From NCBI RefSeq assembly GCF_000008465.1, contig NC_006512.1, forward strand, positions 1,170,001 through 1,202,000: a DNA stretch of 32,000 bases, read 5' to 3'. This document shows, in pieces, positions 1 to 9,883 of the stretch. Origin of the DNA: Idiomarina loihiensis L2TR (GTDB taxonomy: Bacteria; Pseudomonadota; Gammaproteobacteria; Enterobacterales; Alteromonadaceae). A model generated the notes under the pieces. That model ran no database searches, was not told where the DNA came from, and was given only the letters and a program-made list of their open reading frames with translations. A program made the translations under genes and the position numbers. The first letter of the stretch is position 1. Every line of letters starts with the position of its first letter.

Positions 1-927
1 ATAAGGTTCCAGAACATCCTCAATGGTATCTTTTTCTTCGCCTATCGCTGCCGCAAGGTTATCTAACCCCACAGGCCCACCCATAAACTTTTCCATAATG
101 GCTAATAACAGCTTCCGGTCCATATAATCAAAGCCAGCCTGATCAACGTCCACCATGGTCAAAGCGGCATTGGCTGTCACTTCATCAACGTCGCCATTAC
201 CTCTGACTTCGGCATAATCGCGTACCCGACGCAATAAGCGGTTGGCTATACGCGGCGTACCTCTTGAGCGGCGCGCTATTTCACGGGCACCACCGTCGAG
301 CATACGGACATTCATGAAGTGAGCCGAACGCCCAACAATATCGGTTAATTCATTAACATCATAAAACTCAAGGCGCTGCACAATACCAAAGCGGTCGCGT
401 AGCGGTGACGTCAGCGCGCCAGCACGAGTGGTAGCACCAATGAGGGTAAAGGGTGGTAAATCTAATTTAATCGAACGGGCTGCAGGACCTTCGCCTATCA
501 TAATGTCGAGCTGGTAATCTTCCATAGCCGGATACAGAATTTCTTCGACAACCGGGCTCAAACGGTGAATTTCATCAATAAATAAGACGTCGTGTGCTTC
601 GAGGTTGGTCAACAACGCCGCTAAGTCACCGGCTTTTTCCAGAACCGGACCCGAAGTTGTTTTAATACTCACATCCAGCTCATTCGCCACAATGTTCGCC
701 AGCGTCGTTTTACCCAACCCCGGAGGACCAAAAATTAAGAGATGATCCAGGGCTTCCTGACGCTTGCGCGCGGCCTCAATGAAAATTCCCATCTGTTCAA
801 CGACATGCTTCTGCCCCGTATAATCCGCCAGAGTTTTAGGCCGTATGGCACGATCAACAGCCTCATCTTCACCCTGTACCTCGGGTTCAATGAGCCGCTG
901 AGTTGGTATTTGATCGGCTTCTATCAT
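1..927 (-). CDS. ruvB: Holliday junction branch migration ATPase RuvB (C-terminus cut by window edge)
   Basis: The frame is open from the ATG at 927 to base 1 (309 codons). The translation [12 protein letters not shown]... contains Walker [10 protein letters not shown], Walker [11 protein letters not shown] and [16 protein letters not shown]. The start lies 9 nt after the ruvA stop. Confidence 0.95.
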
Positions 928-936
928 GGGGCTTCC

Positions 937-1554
937 TTACGACAGCTGCTTTAGCGCCAGTCGAATCAAGGTCTCACTGTTATGTTCTGCAGAGTACACT
1001 TTTTGCAGGGCTTTTTCAGCTTGATTTTCTTTATAGCCAAGTGACTGCAAGGCGCTAATAGCATCGGTTCTTGCATCGGCCGGATGTTCTCTTGCATCCA
1101 TACCCTGGCTATCCAGCGGTGCACGGTCGGTAAATGGCGTAGACGGCTGCCAGTCTTTGAGTCGGTCACGCATTTCAATAACCAGACGTTCGGCGGTCTT
1201 TTTGCCTACACCTGGCAATTTCACCAAACGAGTAACATCGTTTTGGTTCACAGCCATGACAAACTCATCTGCTGACATGCCGGATAAAATGGCCAAAGCC
1301 AGTTTCGGGCCAACTCCCTGAGTTTTCAGTAGTAACCGGAACAGCGAACGTTCTGAAGCAGAAATAAAACCATACAATAGCTGTGCATCTTCGCGCACCA
1401 CAAAATGTGTGATTAATTTTATGGTTTCGCCCACCGGCGGCAATTGATAGAAGCAGGTCATTGGCAACTGAATTTCATAACCAATGCCCTGTACATCTAA
1501 TACCACTTCCGGTGGTTGCTTGCTGGTAAGTACGCCCTGAATATGACCTATCAC
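937..1554 (-). CDS. ruvA: Holliday junction DNA helicase subunit RuvA
   Basis: 205 aa. It starts MIGHIQG and has helix-hairpin-helix motifs GVGPKLALAIL and LPGVGKKTAERL. It sits in the ruvC-ruvA-ruvB order. Confidence 0.95.
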   Translation of the reverse strand: MIGHIQGVLTSKQPPEVVLDVQGIGYEIQLPMTCFYQLPPVGETIKLITHFVVREDAQLLYGFISASERSLFRLLLKTQGVGPKLALAILSGMSADEFVMAVNQNDVTRLVKLPGVGKKTAERLVIEMRDRLKDWQPSTPFTDRAPLDSQGMDAREHPADARTDAISALQSLGYKENQAEKALQKVYSAEHNSETLIRLALKQLS

Positions 1555-1566
1555 TTTTATACTCCG

Positions 1567-2103
1567 TTAACGCAAACGCCCTCGCACAGTTTTACGCGCG
1601 GCGCCTGCCATTTTAATCAGGTTTTGTGAACTGTGAGCATGACATAAGGCAACGGCAAGTGCATCTGCGGCATCTTCCTGAGGGCAACGCTGCAGATTCA
1701 GTAAGGCCATAACCATATGCTGAACCTGAGACTTTTCTGCACCACCATTACCCACTACAGACTGTTTGATTTGTCGGGCTGAATATTCCGCTACCGGAAG
1801 CTCTGCACAAGCAGCAGCCACAATAGCCGCCCCACGCGCCTGCCCAAGCTTTAAGGCAGAATCCGGGTTCTTTGCCATGAACACTTGCTCTATTGCGAAT
1901 TCGTTCGGCTTAAACTGAGTAATGAGTTCACTGACGCTGTCATGAATGCGACGCAGCTTTTCCGCCAGGGTTAAAGGCTCTTTAGTGGTACCAATAACCT
2001 TGATACAACCACTACCAAGGTAATTCAGTTGCCGCCCTCGCTGCTCTATAACGCCGTAGCCGGTCAGTCTCGAACCCGGGTCGATACCCAGAATAATCGC
2101 CAC
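1567..2103 (-). CDS. ruvC: Crossover junction endodeoxyribonuclease RuvC
   Basis: 178 aa. It has the N-terminal [14 protein letters not shown] catalytic-Asp motif of RuvC resolvases and abuts the yebC stop with no gap. Confidence 0.95.
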   Translation of the reverse strand: MAIILGIDPGSRLTGYGVIEQRGRQLNYLGSGCIKVIGTTKEPLTLAEKLRRIHDSVSELITQFKPNEFAIEQVFMAKNPDSALKLGQARGAAIVAAACAELPVAEYSARQIKQSVVGNGGAEKSQVQHMVMALLNLQRCPQEDAADALAVALCHAHSSQNLIKMAGAARKTVRGRLR

Positions 2104-2853
2104 TTAGTCGTCCAGTCGCGCAATGATCTCATCAGAGATATCGGCATTGTGATAAACGTTTTGCACGTCGTCTAAGTCTTCCAGCGCATCCAGCAGTTTT
2201 AAAAAGGTTCGTGCGGATTCCTCATCCAAATCAACGCGGGTGTCAGGAACCTGAGTCACTTCAGCGTTGCTGGCTTCCAACCCTTTTGCATCCAGAGCAT
2301 CTTTAACTGCGCCGAAATTCTCCGGTGATGTAATGACATCGATACTCCCTTCATCGTAAGCGAGGATATCTTCCGCCCCGGCTTCCAGCGCCGGTTCCAT
2401 AACCTGTTCTTCGGTCACACCGTCAGAATAGCTAATAACGCCCTTCTTATTAAATAAGTAGGCAACAGAGCCGTCGGTACCTAAGTTACCGCCTAACTTA
2501 CTGAACGCGTGGCGAACATCTGACACCGTCCGATTTCGGTTATCGGTCATGCATTCCAGCAGGACAGCCACACCGCTGGGACCATAGCCTTCATAAGTCA
2601 GCTCATCAACGTTATCGCCTTCAAGATCACCCGAACCGCGTTTGACCGCAGTATCTATGGTGTCGCGCTTCATATTATTGGATAAGGCTTTATCGATAGC
2701 CGCACGTAAACGCGGGTTGGTTTCAGGGTCCCCGCCGCCTTCGCGGGCAGAGACCGTTATTTCACGAATTAACTTGGTAAAAATTTTGCCGCGCTTAGCG
2801 TCCTGCGCGGCTTTTCGGTGCTTAATATTAGACCATTTGGAATGACCAGCCAT
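2104..2853 (-). CDS. yebC: YebC/PmpR (TACO1) family protein
   Basis: 249 aa with the family signature N-terminus [23 protein letters not shown]. The position upstream of ruvC matches E. coli. Confidence 0.93.
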   Translation of the reverse strand: MAGHSKWSNIKHRKAAQDAKRGKIFTKLIREITVSAREGGGDPETNPRLRAAIDKALSNNMKRDTIDTAVKRGSGDLEGDNVDELTYEGYGPSGVAVLLECMTDNRNRTVSDVRHAFSKLGGNLGTDGSVAYLFNKKGVISYSDGVTEEQVMEPALEAGAEDILAYDEGSIDVITSPENFGAVKDALDAKGLEASNAEVTQVPDTRVDLDEESARTFLKLLDALEDLDDVQNVYHNADISDEIIARLDD

Positions 2854-2869
2854 ATGTCACCTCTGTTGA

Positions 2870-4639
2870 TTACTCGTCTTCCTTCACAATACTTTTTACG
2901 CCCAGCTCTTGCAATGCTGCCGGGTTCGCTGCGCCAGGTGCATCGGTCAGAACACAAGCCGCGGTGGTTGTTTTCGGGAAGGCAATAACGTCACGAATGG
3001 AGCTTGCGCCAACCATCAACATCACCAGACGGTCTAAACCAAAAGCCAAGCCCGCATGCGGTGGCGTACCGTATTTTAACGCTTCTAACAGGAAGCCAAA
3101 TTTTTCCTGCGCTTCGTCTTTTTCAATACCTAACACTTCAAACACCGCTTGCTGCATTGCGTTTTCGTGGATACGAACCGAACCACCACCTAACTCAACA
3201 CCATTCAACACCATATCGTAGGCGTTTGAAATAGCGGCTGCCGGGTTAGCTTTTAGCTCCTCAGGAGTCACATTGACCGGTGCGGTGAACGGGTGGTGTA
3301 ACGCGGCCAGACTGCCGTCGTCTGCAACTTCGAACATTGGGAAGTCTACAACCCATAGCGGTTTCCATTCGTTACTGACCAGTTCAAAGTCTTTACCTAA
3401 CTTCAGACGTAAAGCGCCCAGTGCTTCTGCAACCACATGCGACTTATCGGAACCGAAGAACAGCACATCACCCGTTTCTGCCTGCATACGCTCAAGCAAC
3501 GGCTCAATCACTTCGTCCGGCAAGAACTTAAGAACAGGTGACTGCAAGCCTTCCCGGCCTGCACTGCGGTCGTTTACTTTAATCCAGGCCAAACCTTTCG
3601 CGCCATAAATGCCGACAAATTGTGTGTATTCGTCAATCATCTTGCGTGAAACGTTTTCAGCCTGCCCCGGTAAACGGATAGCAGCAACACGGCCTTCTTC
3701 GTCATTCGCCGGCCCAGAAAAGACTTTAAACTCAACGTCTTTTAAAACATCAGCAACATCAACCAGCTCTAATGGGTTACGCAGGTCGGGTTTGTCACTA
3801 CCAAAACGGCGCATGGCTTCGTGCCAGGTCATGCTCGGGAATTCACCTAAGTCCACATCAAGTAGTTGCTTGAAGAGGTCACGAGCCATTTGCTCGGTAA
3901 TTTCCATCACCTGCTCAGCGCTCATAAACGAGGTTTCGATATCTATCTGAGTGAATTCAGGTTGGCGGTCAGCGCGTAAATCTTCGTCGCGGAAGCATTT
4001 AACAATTTGATAGTAGCGATCAAAACCAGACATCATCAGCAGCTGTTTAAACAACTGAGGGCTTTGTGGCAGCGCGAAAAAGCGTCCTTTATGAGTACGG
4101 CTTGGCACCAGATAGTCGCGCGCGCCTTCCGGCGTTGCTCGCGTTAACATTGGCGTTTCTATATCTAAGAAGCCGTTGTCATCAAAAAAGCGACGTACTG
4201 CGCTGGTTACTTTAGCCCGGAACTGCAGTTTTTCGTTCATTTGTGGACGACGCAAATCAAGATAACGATAACGCAGTCGTGCTTCTTCGCTTACCTGCTG
4301 ATTAAAATCAATAGGCAGCGGTTCAGAGCGACTGAATATTTCTAAGTCAGTGGCCAACAGTTCAACTTCGCCGGTTGCCATGTTTTTGTTTACCTGACTT
4401 TCCGGCCGACGGTTAACTTTACCGCTTAAGCGCACGCAGAATTCCTGACGCAGGCTGTTTGCTGTCTCAAATAACGCTTTTTGGTCCGGGTCAAAAACAA
4501 CCTGCAACAGCCCTTCACGGTCGCGCAAATCGATGAAAATTAAGCCGCCTAAGTCCCGGCGTTTATTTACCCAACCACATAACGTGACTTCTTGTCCCGC
4601 TAATTCAGCATTTATTTGTCCACAGTAATGAGTTCGCAT
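2870..4639 (-). CDS. aspS: Aspartate--tRNA ligase
   Basis: 589 aa. It has class II motif 2 [18 protein letters not shown], motif 3 [13 protein letters not shown] and the N-terminal OB fold MRTHYCGQI...GWV. Confidence 0.97.
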   Translation of the reverse strand: MRTHYCGQINAELAGQEVTLCGWVNKRRDLGGLIFIDLRDREGLLQVVFDPDQKALFETANSLRQEFCVRLSGKVNRRPESQVNKNMATGEVELLATDLEIFSRSEPLPIDFNQQVSEEARLRYRYLDLRRPQMNEKLQFRAKVTSAVRRFFDDNGFLDIETPMLTRATPEGARDYLVPSRTHKGRFFALPQSPQLFKQLLMMSGFDRYYQIVKCFRDEDLRADRQPEFTQIDIETSFMSAEQVMEITEQMARDLFKQLLDVDLGEFPSMTWHEAMRRFGSDKPDLRNPLELVDVADVLKDVEFKVFSGPANDEEGRVAAIRLPGQAENVSRKMIDEYTQFVGIYGAKGLAWIKVNDRSAGREGLQSPVLKFLPDEVIEPLLERMQAETGDVLFFGSDKSHVVAEALGALRLKLGKDFELVSNEWKPLWVVDFPMFEVADDGSLAALHHPFTAPVNVTPEELKANPAAAISNAYDMVLNGVELGGGSVRIHENAMQQAVFEVLGIEKDEAQEKFGFLLEALKYGTPPHAGLAFGLDRLVMLMVGASSIRDVIAFPKTTTAACVLTDAPGAANPAALQELGVKSIVKEDE

Positions 4640-4689
4640 GCGCGTTTATCCTGCTAGCTGTTGCAATGAATGTTTTTACGAAGCGCAAC

Positions 4690-4717
4690 ATTATAGCGGA
4701 CTGACGACGAATGTCAT
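4690..4717 (-). promoter_or_regulatory. Candidate sigma70 promoter for aspS (ATGACA-16 nt-TATAAT)
   Basis: On the minus strand there is a perfect TATAAT at 4695..4690 and ATGACA at 4717..4712, with a 16-nt spacer. This lies about 45 nt upstream of the aspS ATG, and an AGGA Shine-Dalgarno lies between them. The -35 overlaps the stop codon of the upstream GGDEF gene. Confidence 0.35.
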
Positions 4718-6207
4718 CCGTCGTCGCCAGCCAGACGCACATCATTTTTACCAGCGGCTTTTGCCCGGTACATAGCTTTGTCCGCAGAGCGAAGCAAATC
4801 GTCAGTGTTGGTACCGTTCTTAGGGTAAATAGCAACGCCAATGGATACACTAATTTCCAACTGTTGCTTTTTCACTTTATAAGGCTTGGCCAACTGCACA
4901 ACCAATTTACGAGACACCGCCAGTGATGAACCGACACTGTTCGCTGTTGGCAGCAGGATAACAAATTCATCACCACCATGACGGCATACCGTGTCTGAAC
5001 GCCTTAATAAAGTGCCCATTCGGTGTGCAGCCTGAATTAAGAGCTCATCGCCATAACTGTGCCCAAACTCGTCATTTATTTTCTTAAATCCATCGAGGTC
5101 TAGAAAAAGTACAGCAAAGGGTTTTCCCGTTCTTTCATTCTGACTGATGGTTTGCTCCAGACGATCCTGCATTAAGTTTCGGTTCGGCAATCCAGTCAAT
5201 TCATCGTGCGTTGCAATATGCCGAATACGTCTTTCCGCTGCTTTACGTAATTTAATTTCCCGGCGTAATCGACTGTTCCAGATAGCAAAGCCAACAATAA
5301 TTAATAACACGACAGAGCCGACTTTCATGGCAATATCAAGTAACTCTTTATTGCTCCAGCCCTGCTCTAACTGAAAACCGTACCATTTACTCTTTAATTC
5401 ATTACGTTCACTTTCAGTAACGCTGTCAATGCCATGATTTAAAGCCATGACTATAGGTTGCCAGTCATCTCTCACCGCCAGATAAAGCTCTTCGCCTTGT
5501 GCATCATCAATAACAGAAAGCTCCGCTCCTGGCAGCGGCCGTTCCTGCAATTCATGAACCAACAACGGCAGGCTATCAACATAATAATCAACCGCATTAT
5601 TACGCAACAAATTCACACCTTCACGGATGCCGTCCACTTCAACGGTTTGAACGCTGCGAAGCTGCGCCAGCTGCGGCACAATATTGTAACCTTCGACCAC
5701 ACCAATTTTGCTATCGGTTAACTGCTCCAAATGCAGACTGCCGCTGCTCAGTTGAGTGGTATTCATGGAAGCTACAGCCCAGGGCGTCGACCAGTAACTT
5801 TGGGTAAAATCCATAAACTGATTTCGTTCAACGGAGTAAGAAACGCTGGTCAGTACATCAATCTCTTTGTTTTTTATCGCCTCAAGGCAGTCACGCCAAT
5901 GGCCGCAGGCCTTCCAGACTATTTTGGCCGAAATGTCCTGGGTAAACTTTTTAATTAAATCAACATCGAGCCCTATAGCTTTACCGTCTTTTATTGATAC
6001 CAAAGGCTCCATCTGATCGGGCACACCTATACGCACCTCTTCATAGGCTTGGGTCCAGTTATCAGATTGGCCTGCATGACTATTAAAGACGGTTGTAGTA
6101 AAAGTGACAAAAATAGCACTTACTACACCTAAAGCTCGTTTCAATGTTTTACCCTCCACAGCAATAGCGCGGATTTTAGTCGAATATTGCCTGTGCGTCA
6201 GTAGCAT
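4714..6207 (-). CDS. Diguanylate cyclase with N-terminal periplasmic solute-binding (SBP_bac_3-like) sensor domain, one TM segment and a GGDEF domain
   Basis: The GGDEF active site is RHGGDEF, with an RxxD I-site (RRSD) five residues upstream. A TM segment VGSVVLLIIVGFAIW precedes the cyclase domain. A more likely start is the TTG at 6144, which lies 7 nt after GGAGGG and gives the signal peptide MKRALGVVSAIFVTFTTTVFNSHA. Confidence 0.85.
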   Translation of the reverse strand: MLLTHRQYSTKIRAIAVEGKTLKRALGVVSAIFVTFTTTVFNSHAGQSDNWTQAYEEVRIGVPDQMEPLVSIKDGKAIGLDVDLIKKFTQDISAKIVWKACGHWRDCLEAIKNKEIDVLTSVSYSVERNQFMDFTQSYWSTPWAVASMNTTQLSSGSLHLEQLTDSKIGVVEGYNIVPQLAQLRSVQTVEVDGIREGVNLLRNNAVDYYVDSLPLLVHELQERPLPGAELSVIDDAQGEELYLAVRDDWQPIVMALNHGIDSVTESERNELKSKWYGFQLEQGWSNKELLDIAMKVGSVVLLIIVGFAIWNSRLRREIKLRKAAERRIRHIATHDELTGLPNRNLMQDRLEQTISQNERTGKPFAVLFLDLDGFKKINDEFGHSYGDELLIQAAHRMGTLLRRSDTVCRHGGDEFVILLPTANSVGSSLAVSRKLVVQLAKPYKVKKQQLEISVSIGVAIYPKNGTNTDDLLRSADKAMYRAKAAGKNDVRLAGDDG

Positions 6208-6261
6208 TTATCGGTAAAATGCCTATTAATCTGAATTCTTTATCGAATAAAAGTAGCTTCT

Positions 6262-6993
6262 ATGACGCAACATGACACGATATTTTCAAAGCCTTTGCCC
6301 AGCATCTCTGACTTCTGTTTTGACCAACAGGTTGTCGAAGTATTTCCTGACATGATTAACCGCTCGGTTCCGGGCTACTCCAGTATCTTACAGACCTTGC
6401 CACAAATTGTTAGCCGCTATGTTCAGCCTAATAGTCACTTGTACGATCTAGGTTGTTCATTGGGCGCAGCGACCCTTGCTATACGTAAAGGGTGCGAGCA
6501 GACAGAAAACTGCAAAATTATTGGAATAGACAACTCTCAACCTATGATAGAGCGTGCGCAACTGCACCTGGATGGCTTTAAAAGCCAAATTCCGGTTGAA
6601 CTTCACTGTCAGGATCTAGCCGAAACCGAAATTAAAAATGCGTCAGTGGTCGTACTAAACTTTACTTTGCAATTTATTAGCCAGGATAAAAGAGACGAGG
6701 TTATACAAAATATTTTTAATGGTATGAATAAAGGCGGCGCGCTATTAGTCGCGGAAAAAGTACGCCATCCGGATGAATCTATGAATGATCTGCTCATTGA
6801 ACTGCACCATAATTTTAAACGAGCCAATGGTTACAGTGAACTTGAGATTAGCCAAAAACGAGCAGCAATCGAAAACGTGATGAAAGTTGATACATTGCAG
6901 GCTCATCAACAGCGTTTTCAAAAAGCAGGTTTTCAACACAGCTCGGTCTGGTTCCAGTGCTTTAACTTCGCCGCCATGCTGGCCGTTAAATAA
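6262..6993 (+). CDS. cmoA: Carboxy-S-adenosyl-L-methionine synthase CmoA
   Basis: 243 aa class I methyltransferase fold (YDLGCSLGAATL). It is immediately followed by cmoB, as in E. coli. Confidence 0.9.
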   Translation: MTQHDTIFSKPLPSISDFCFDQQVVEVFPDMINRSVPGYSSILQTLPQIVSRYVQPNSHLYDLGCSLGAATLAIRKGCEQTENCKIIGIDNSQPMIERAQLHLDGFKSQIPVELHCQDLAETEIKNASVVVLNFTLQFISQDKRDEVIQNIFNGMNKGGALLVAEKVRHPDESMNDLLIELHHNFKRANGYSELEISQKRAAIENVMKVDTLQAHQQRFQKAGFQHSSVWFQCFNFAAMLAVK

Positions 6994-7001
6994 GGGATAT
7001 T

Positions 7002-7973
7002 ATGGTTGATTTCAGTAAAGAACTTCGCGCACTTGTGCAAAGTCCGCACAGCCAGTGGCTGGATACTCTGGCACCACAACTCACGGCCTTTAAGAATAAC
7101 CCTCACGGGAACTTAAAACGCTGGCAGCGGGTTCTAACACAGTTGCCAAACTTGACCGCAAAACACGTTAAATTGTCCAATACCGTGCAGGTAGGCGAAG
7201 CCGATGAAGCCTCTGATGCCGACAGGGCTCGCTTAACCGGCCTGCTCCAGCAGTTACAACCCTGGCGTAAAGGCCCCTTTGATTTATTCGGCGTTTTTAT
7301 CGATACAGAATGGCGCTCTGATTGGAAATGGCAACGCGTAGCACCACATTTAGATGACTTAAGCGGCCGTCAGGTACTGGACGTTGGCTGCGGTAGTGGG
7401 TACCACTTATGGCGGATGCTGGAAGCAGGCGCCGAGCAAGTTTGGGGAATTGACCCGGGCGAACTCTTTCTCATGCAATTCAGAGCCATTAGCCAGTTAA
7501 TGCCTTTATCGTGGCAGCAACGGGCACACTTTTTCCCGGTTGGTATTGAACATATGCCGGAACTTAAAAGCTTCGACACCGTATTTAGTATGGGTGTGCT
7601 TTATCATCGCCGTTCACCTGTTGAGTTTTTACAGCAACTGAAATCTTTAATCCGTCCGGGCGGTCAACTGGTTTTAGAAACCATTGTTGTGGAAGGTGAT
7701 GAAACCACCGTCATGATGCCGGGCGAGCGTTACGCGCAAATGCGTAACGTCTGGTTTTTGCCCAGCGCCAGTGCCTTGTCTGTCTGGTTAGAACGGTTAG
7801 GATTCAAAGACATCTCTGTGGTTGACCATAATACTACCTCAATAGACGAACAACGGCGCACAGATTGGATGACCGGGGAGTCGTTAGCCGACTTCCTTGA
7901 TCCAAATGACACAAATAAGACTATTGAAGGTTACCAGGCACCAATTCGAGCAGTGATTACCGCTCGGGTTTAG
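7002..7973 (+). CDS. cmoB: tRNA U34 carboxymethyltransferase CmoB
   Basis: 323 aa with SAM-binding motif VLDVGCGSGYHLWRM. It starts 8 nt downstream of cmoA. Confidence 0.9.
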   Translation: MVDFSKELRALVQSPHSQWLDTLAPQLTAFKNNPHGNLKRWQRVLTQLPNLTAKHVKLSNTVQVGEADEASDADRARLTGLLQQLQPWRKGPFDLFGVFIDTEWRSDWKWQRVAPHLDDLSGRQVLDVGCGSGYHLWRMLEAGAEQVWGIDPGELFLMQFRAISQLMPLSWQQRAHFFPVGIEHMPELKSFDTVFSMGVLYHRRSPVEFLQQLKSLIRPGGQLVLETIVVEGDETTVMMPGERYAQMRNVWFLPSASALSVWLERLGFKDISVVDHNTTSIDEQRRTDWMTGESLADFLDPNDTNKTIEGYQAPIRAVITARV

Positions 7974-7994
7974 CCCCACCGGAGTGGAATCAAG

Positions 7995-8888
7995 ATGAGT
8001 GTTTACCGACCGAAATCGACCATTGAGCAATGGCGTATCCTGCAGGCAGTTGTTGACTGTGGCGGTTACGCGCACGCGGCTGAAGCCCTGAACAAGAGCC
8101 AGTCGTCGCTTAATCACGCTGTTGCCAAACTGCAGCAAGTGGTAGGTGTACAGTTATTGGAAGTCAGAGGCCGAAAAGCTCACCTAACCGCGGCGGGTGA
8201 AGTTTTGCTTCGCCGTTCGCGTCAGTTAACTAACCTGACTGAGGAAATAGAACAGCTGGCTGATAACCTCGAGCAAGGCTGGGAGCCGGAAGTTAAACTC
8301 GCGTTAGAAATGGTATTTGACCGCAGTCTGCTAGTTCCCGTGCTGGATGAATTCCAACAACTTAGTCGTGGCAGCCGCTTAGTTATCAGCGATACCGTAC
8401 TTACCGGTACGATGGAGCAAATTCAGGAACAAGCTGCCGATGTCGTTATTTCTCACCATATTCCACGTGGCTTTATAGGGGAACCTATAGGTCAGTACAG
8501 TATGGATTTGGTTTGTCACCCTGAACACCCGTTGGCAAAGCTGGAACAACCTATTAACCAGAACGAGCTGTCTCAATATTTGCAAATAGTCATTCAGGAT
8601 ACCGGCAGCCAGCCGGTAGAAGACGAAGGCTGGTTAAAAGCCGAGCAACGCTGGACGGTAAGCCACTTTGACGAAGCACTCAGACTGATTCGTAACGGAT
8701 TAGGTTTTTGCTGGTTGCCGGGCTACATCGCTCAGGAAGATTTAGATTCAGGCAGACTCGCTAAAATAGAAGTTGAGGGAAGCAGTTCGCGTAAAGGCAG
8801 TTTGTATATGGTATTACCCAAAGCAGAACTAACCGGGCCTTGTGCAAAAACTTTGTCGGAACTGATACTTAAGTACCAGTCCCGTTAA
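7995..8888 (+). CDS. LysR-family transcriptional regulator
   Basis: 297 aa. It has an N-terminal wHTH (FQAVVDCGGYAHAAEALNKSQSSLNHAVAKLQ pattern) and a C-terminal substrate-binding domain. It starts 21 nt after cmoB. Confidence 0.85.
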   Translation: MSVYRPKSTIEQWRILQAVVDCGGYAHAAEALNKSQSSLNHAVAKLQQVVGVQLLEVRGRKAHLTAAGEVLLRRSRQLTNLTEEIEQLADNLEQGWEPEVKLALEMVFDRSLLVPVLDEFQQLSRGSRLVISDTVLTGTMEQIQEQAADVVISHHIPRGFIGEPIGQYSMDLVCHPEHPLAKLEQPINQNELSQYLQIVIQDTGSQPVEDEGWLKAEQRWTVSHFDEALRLIRNGLGFCWLPGYIAQEDLDSGRLAKIEVEGSSSRKGSLYMVLPKAELTGPCAKTLSELILKYQSR

Positions 8889-8895
8889 AAGGCCT

Positions 8896-9780
8896 TTATT
8901 TCAGAGACTGAATGTAGGCTTTCATGTCGGCGCCCAAATCCGGGTGTCGCAAAGCATGTTCAACAAACGCCTGAGCGTACCCTAGCTTATTGCCACAGTC
9001 GTGGCTCTTGCCTTTCATGTAATACGCATTAACCGGTTGTTTTTCCAGCAGCATTGCCATGGCATCAGTCAACTGAATTTCATTGCCCGCACCCACCGGT
9101 GTTTTCTCCAACAGCGACCATAAATCAGCTGAAAAGACATAGCGACCAACTACGGCTAAATCTGACGGTGCATCTTCAACTGACGGCTTTTCAACCAGTT
9201 GAGTAATACCAGCCTGTTCACCCGGACTCAACTCCGCGCCATTAATATCGGCTATGCCATACTTATTGACGTCTTGCTGCGGCACTTTTTCGACCATGAC
9301 TTGCGAATGCCCGCTTGCTTCAAAGTTTTTCACCATTTCAGCTAAGTTATCGCGATTCAGCTTACAACTGGCGTCATCAACCAGAACGTCAGGTAATACG
9401 ACAGCAAAAGGCTCGTCTCCGATTAATGGACGCGCGCACAGAACAGCGTGCCCCAGGCCTTTTGCAACACCCTGACGAACATGCATAATTGTAGTTTTTT
9501 CAGGACAAATGGCCTTCACCTCAGCCAACAGTTGCCGCTTTACCCGCTGCTCCAAAGTCGTCTCCAGCTCAAAACTCGTGTCAAAGTGATTTTCTATCGA
9601 GTTTTTACTGGAATGAGTAACCAGAATCACATCGGTCAAACCTGCAGCGGCGCATTCCTCAACAATGTATTGAATAAGGGGGCGATCGACCAACGGCAAC
9701 ATCTCTTTGGGAATGGCTTTGGTAGCAGGTAACATCCGAGTTCCGAGCCCGGCTACTGGAATAACGACTTTTTTGACCAT
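8896..9780 (-). CDS. galU: UTP--glucose-1-phosphate uridylyltransferase GalU
   Basis: 294 aa with the signature [24 protein letters not shown]. It lies downstream of an rssB-like gene, as in E. coli. Confidence 0.93.
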   Translation of the reverse strand: MVKKVVIPVAGLGTRMLPATKAIPKEMLPLVDRPLIQYIVEECAAAGLTDVILVTHSSKNSIENHFDTSFELETTLEQRVKRQLLAEVKAICPEKTTIMHVRQGVAKGLGHAVLCARPLIGDEPFAVVLPDVLVDDASCKLNRDNLAEMVKNFEASGHSQVMVEKVPQQDVNKYGIADINGAELSPGEQAGITQLVEKPSVEDAPSDLAVVGRYVFSADLWSLLEKTPVGAGNEIQLTDAMAMLLEKQPVNAYYMKGKSHDCGNKLGYAQAFVEHALRHPDLGADMKAYIQSLK

Positions 9781-9837
9781 AACAGCTGTCCTTAAATTCT
9801 GTTCACTTCAGAAGCGCAAGTTTATAACCTTTTCCCA

Positions 9838-9846
9838 TGTTATAAT
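9838..9846 (+). promoter_or_regulatory. Candidate extended -10 promoter element (TGTTATAAT) upstream of the small ORF at 9884
   Basis: A perfect TGnTATAAT sits on the plus strand about 38 nt upstream of the ATG at 9884. There is no good -35, which an extended -10 can tolerate. Confidence 0.3.
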
Positions 9847-9883
9847 GCAACCCAATTAACAAAATTCAAATGAAAGACTGACT

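Noticed and set aside
742-954. A 70-aa plus-strand ORF spanning the ruvB start and the ruvA end.
   Set aside because: It is antisense to two confidently called genes, and its sequence shows no motif.
1555-1700. A search for a LexA/SOS box upstream of ruvA. The nearest candidate was CTGTGAGCATGACATA.
   Set aside because: The second half-site is CATA rather than ACAG, so it is not a credible LexA operator.
3273-3950. Two consecutive same-frame plus-strand ORFs (111 and 113 aa) antisense to aspS.
   Set aside because: They are Ser/Thr/Cys-rich junk translations that lie entirely inside a very confidently called aspS gene. They have no Shine-Dalgarno and are interrupted by a stop. This is typical of antisense-frame openness in a codon-biased gene.
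4703-4725. A GC-rich hairpin GACGACG-N9-CGTCGTC at the end of the GGDEF gene, considered as an intrinsic terminator.
   Set aside because: No U-tract follows it on the minus (transcribed) strand. The arms are simply the Asp-Asp-Gly codons and their complement. I kept it only as a possible structural or regulatory oddity within finding 10.
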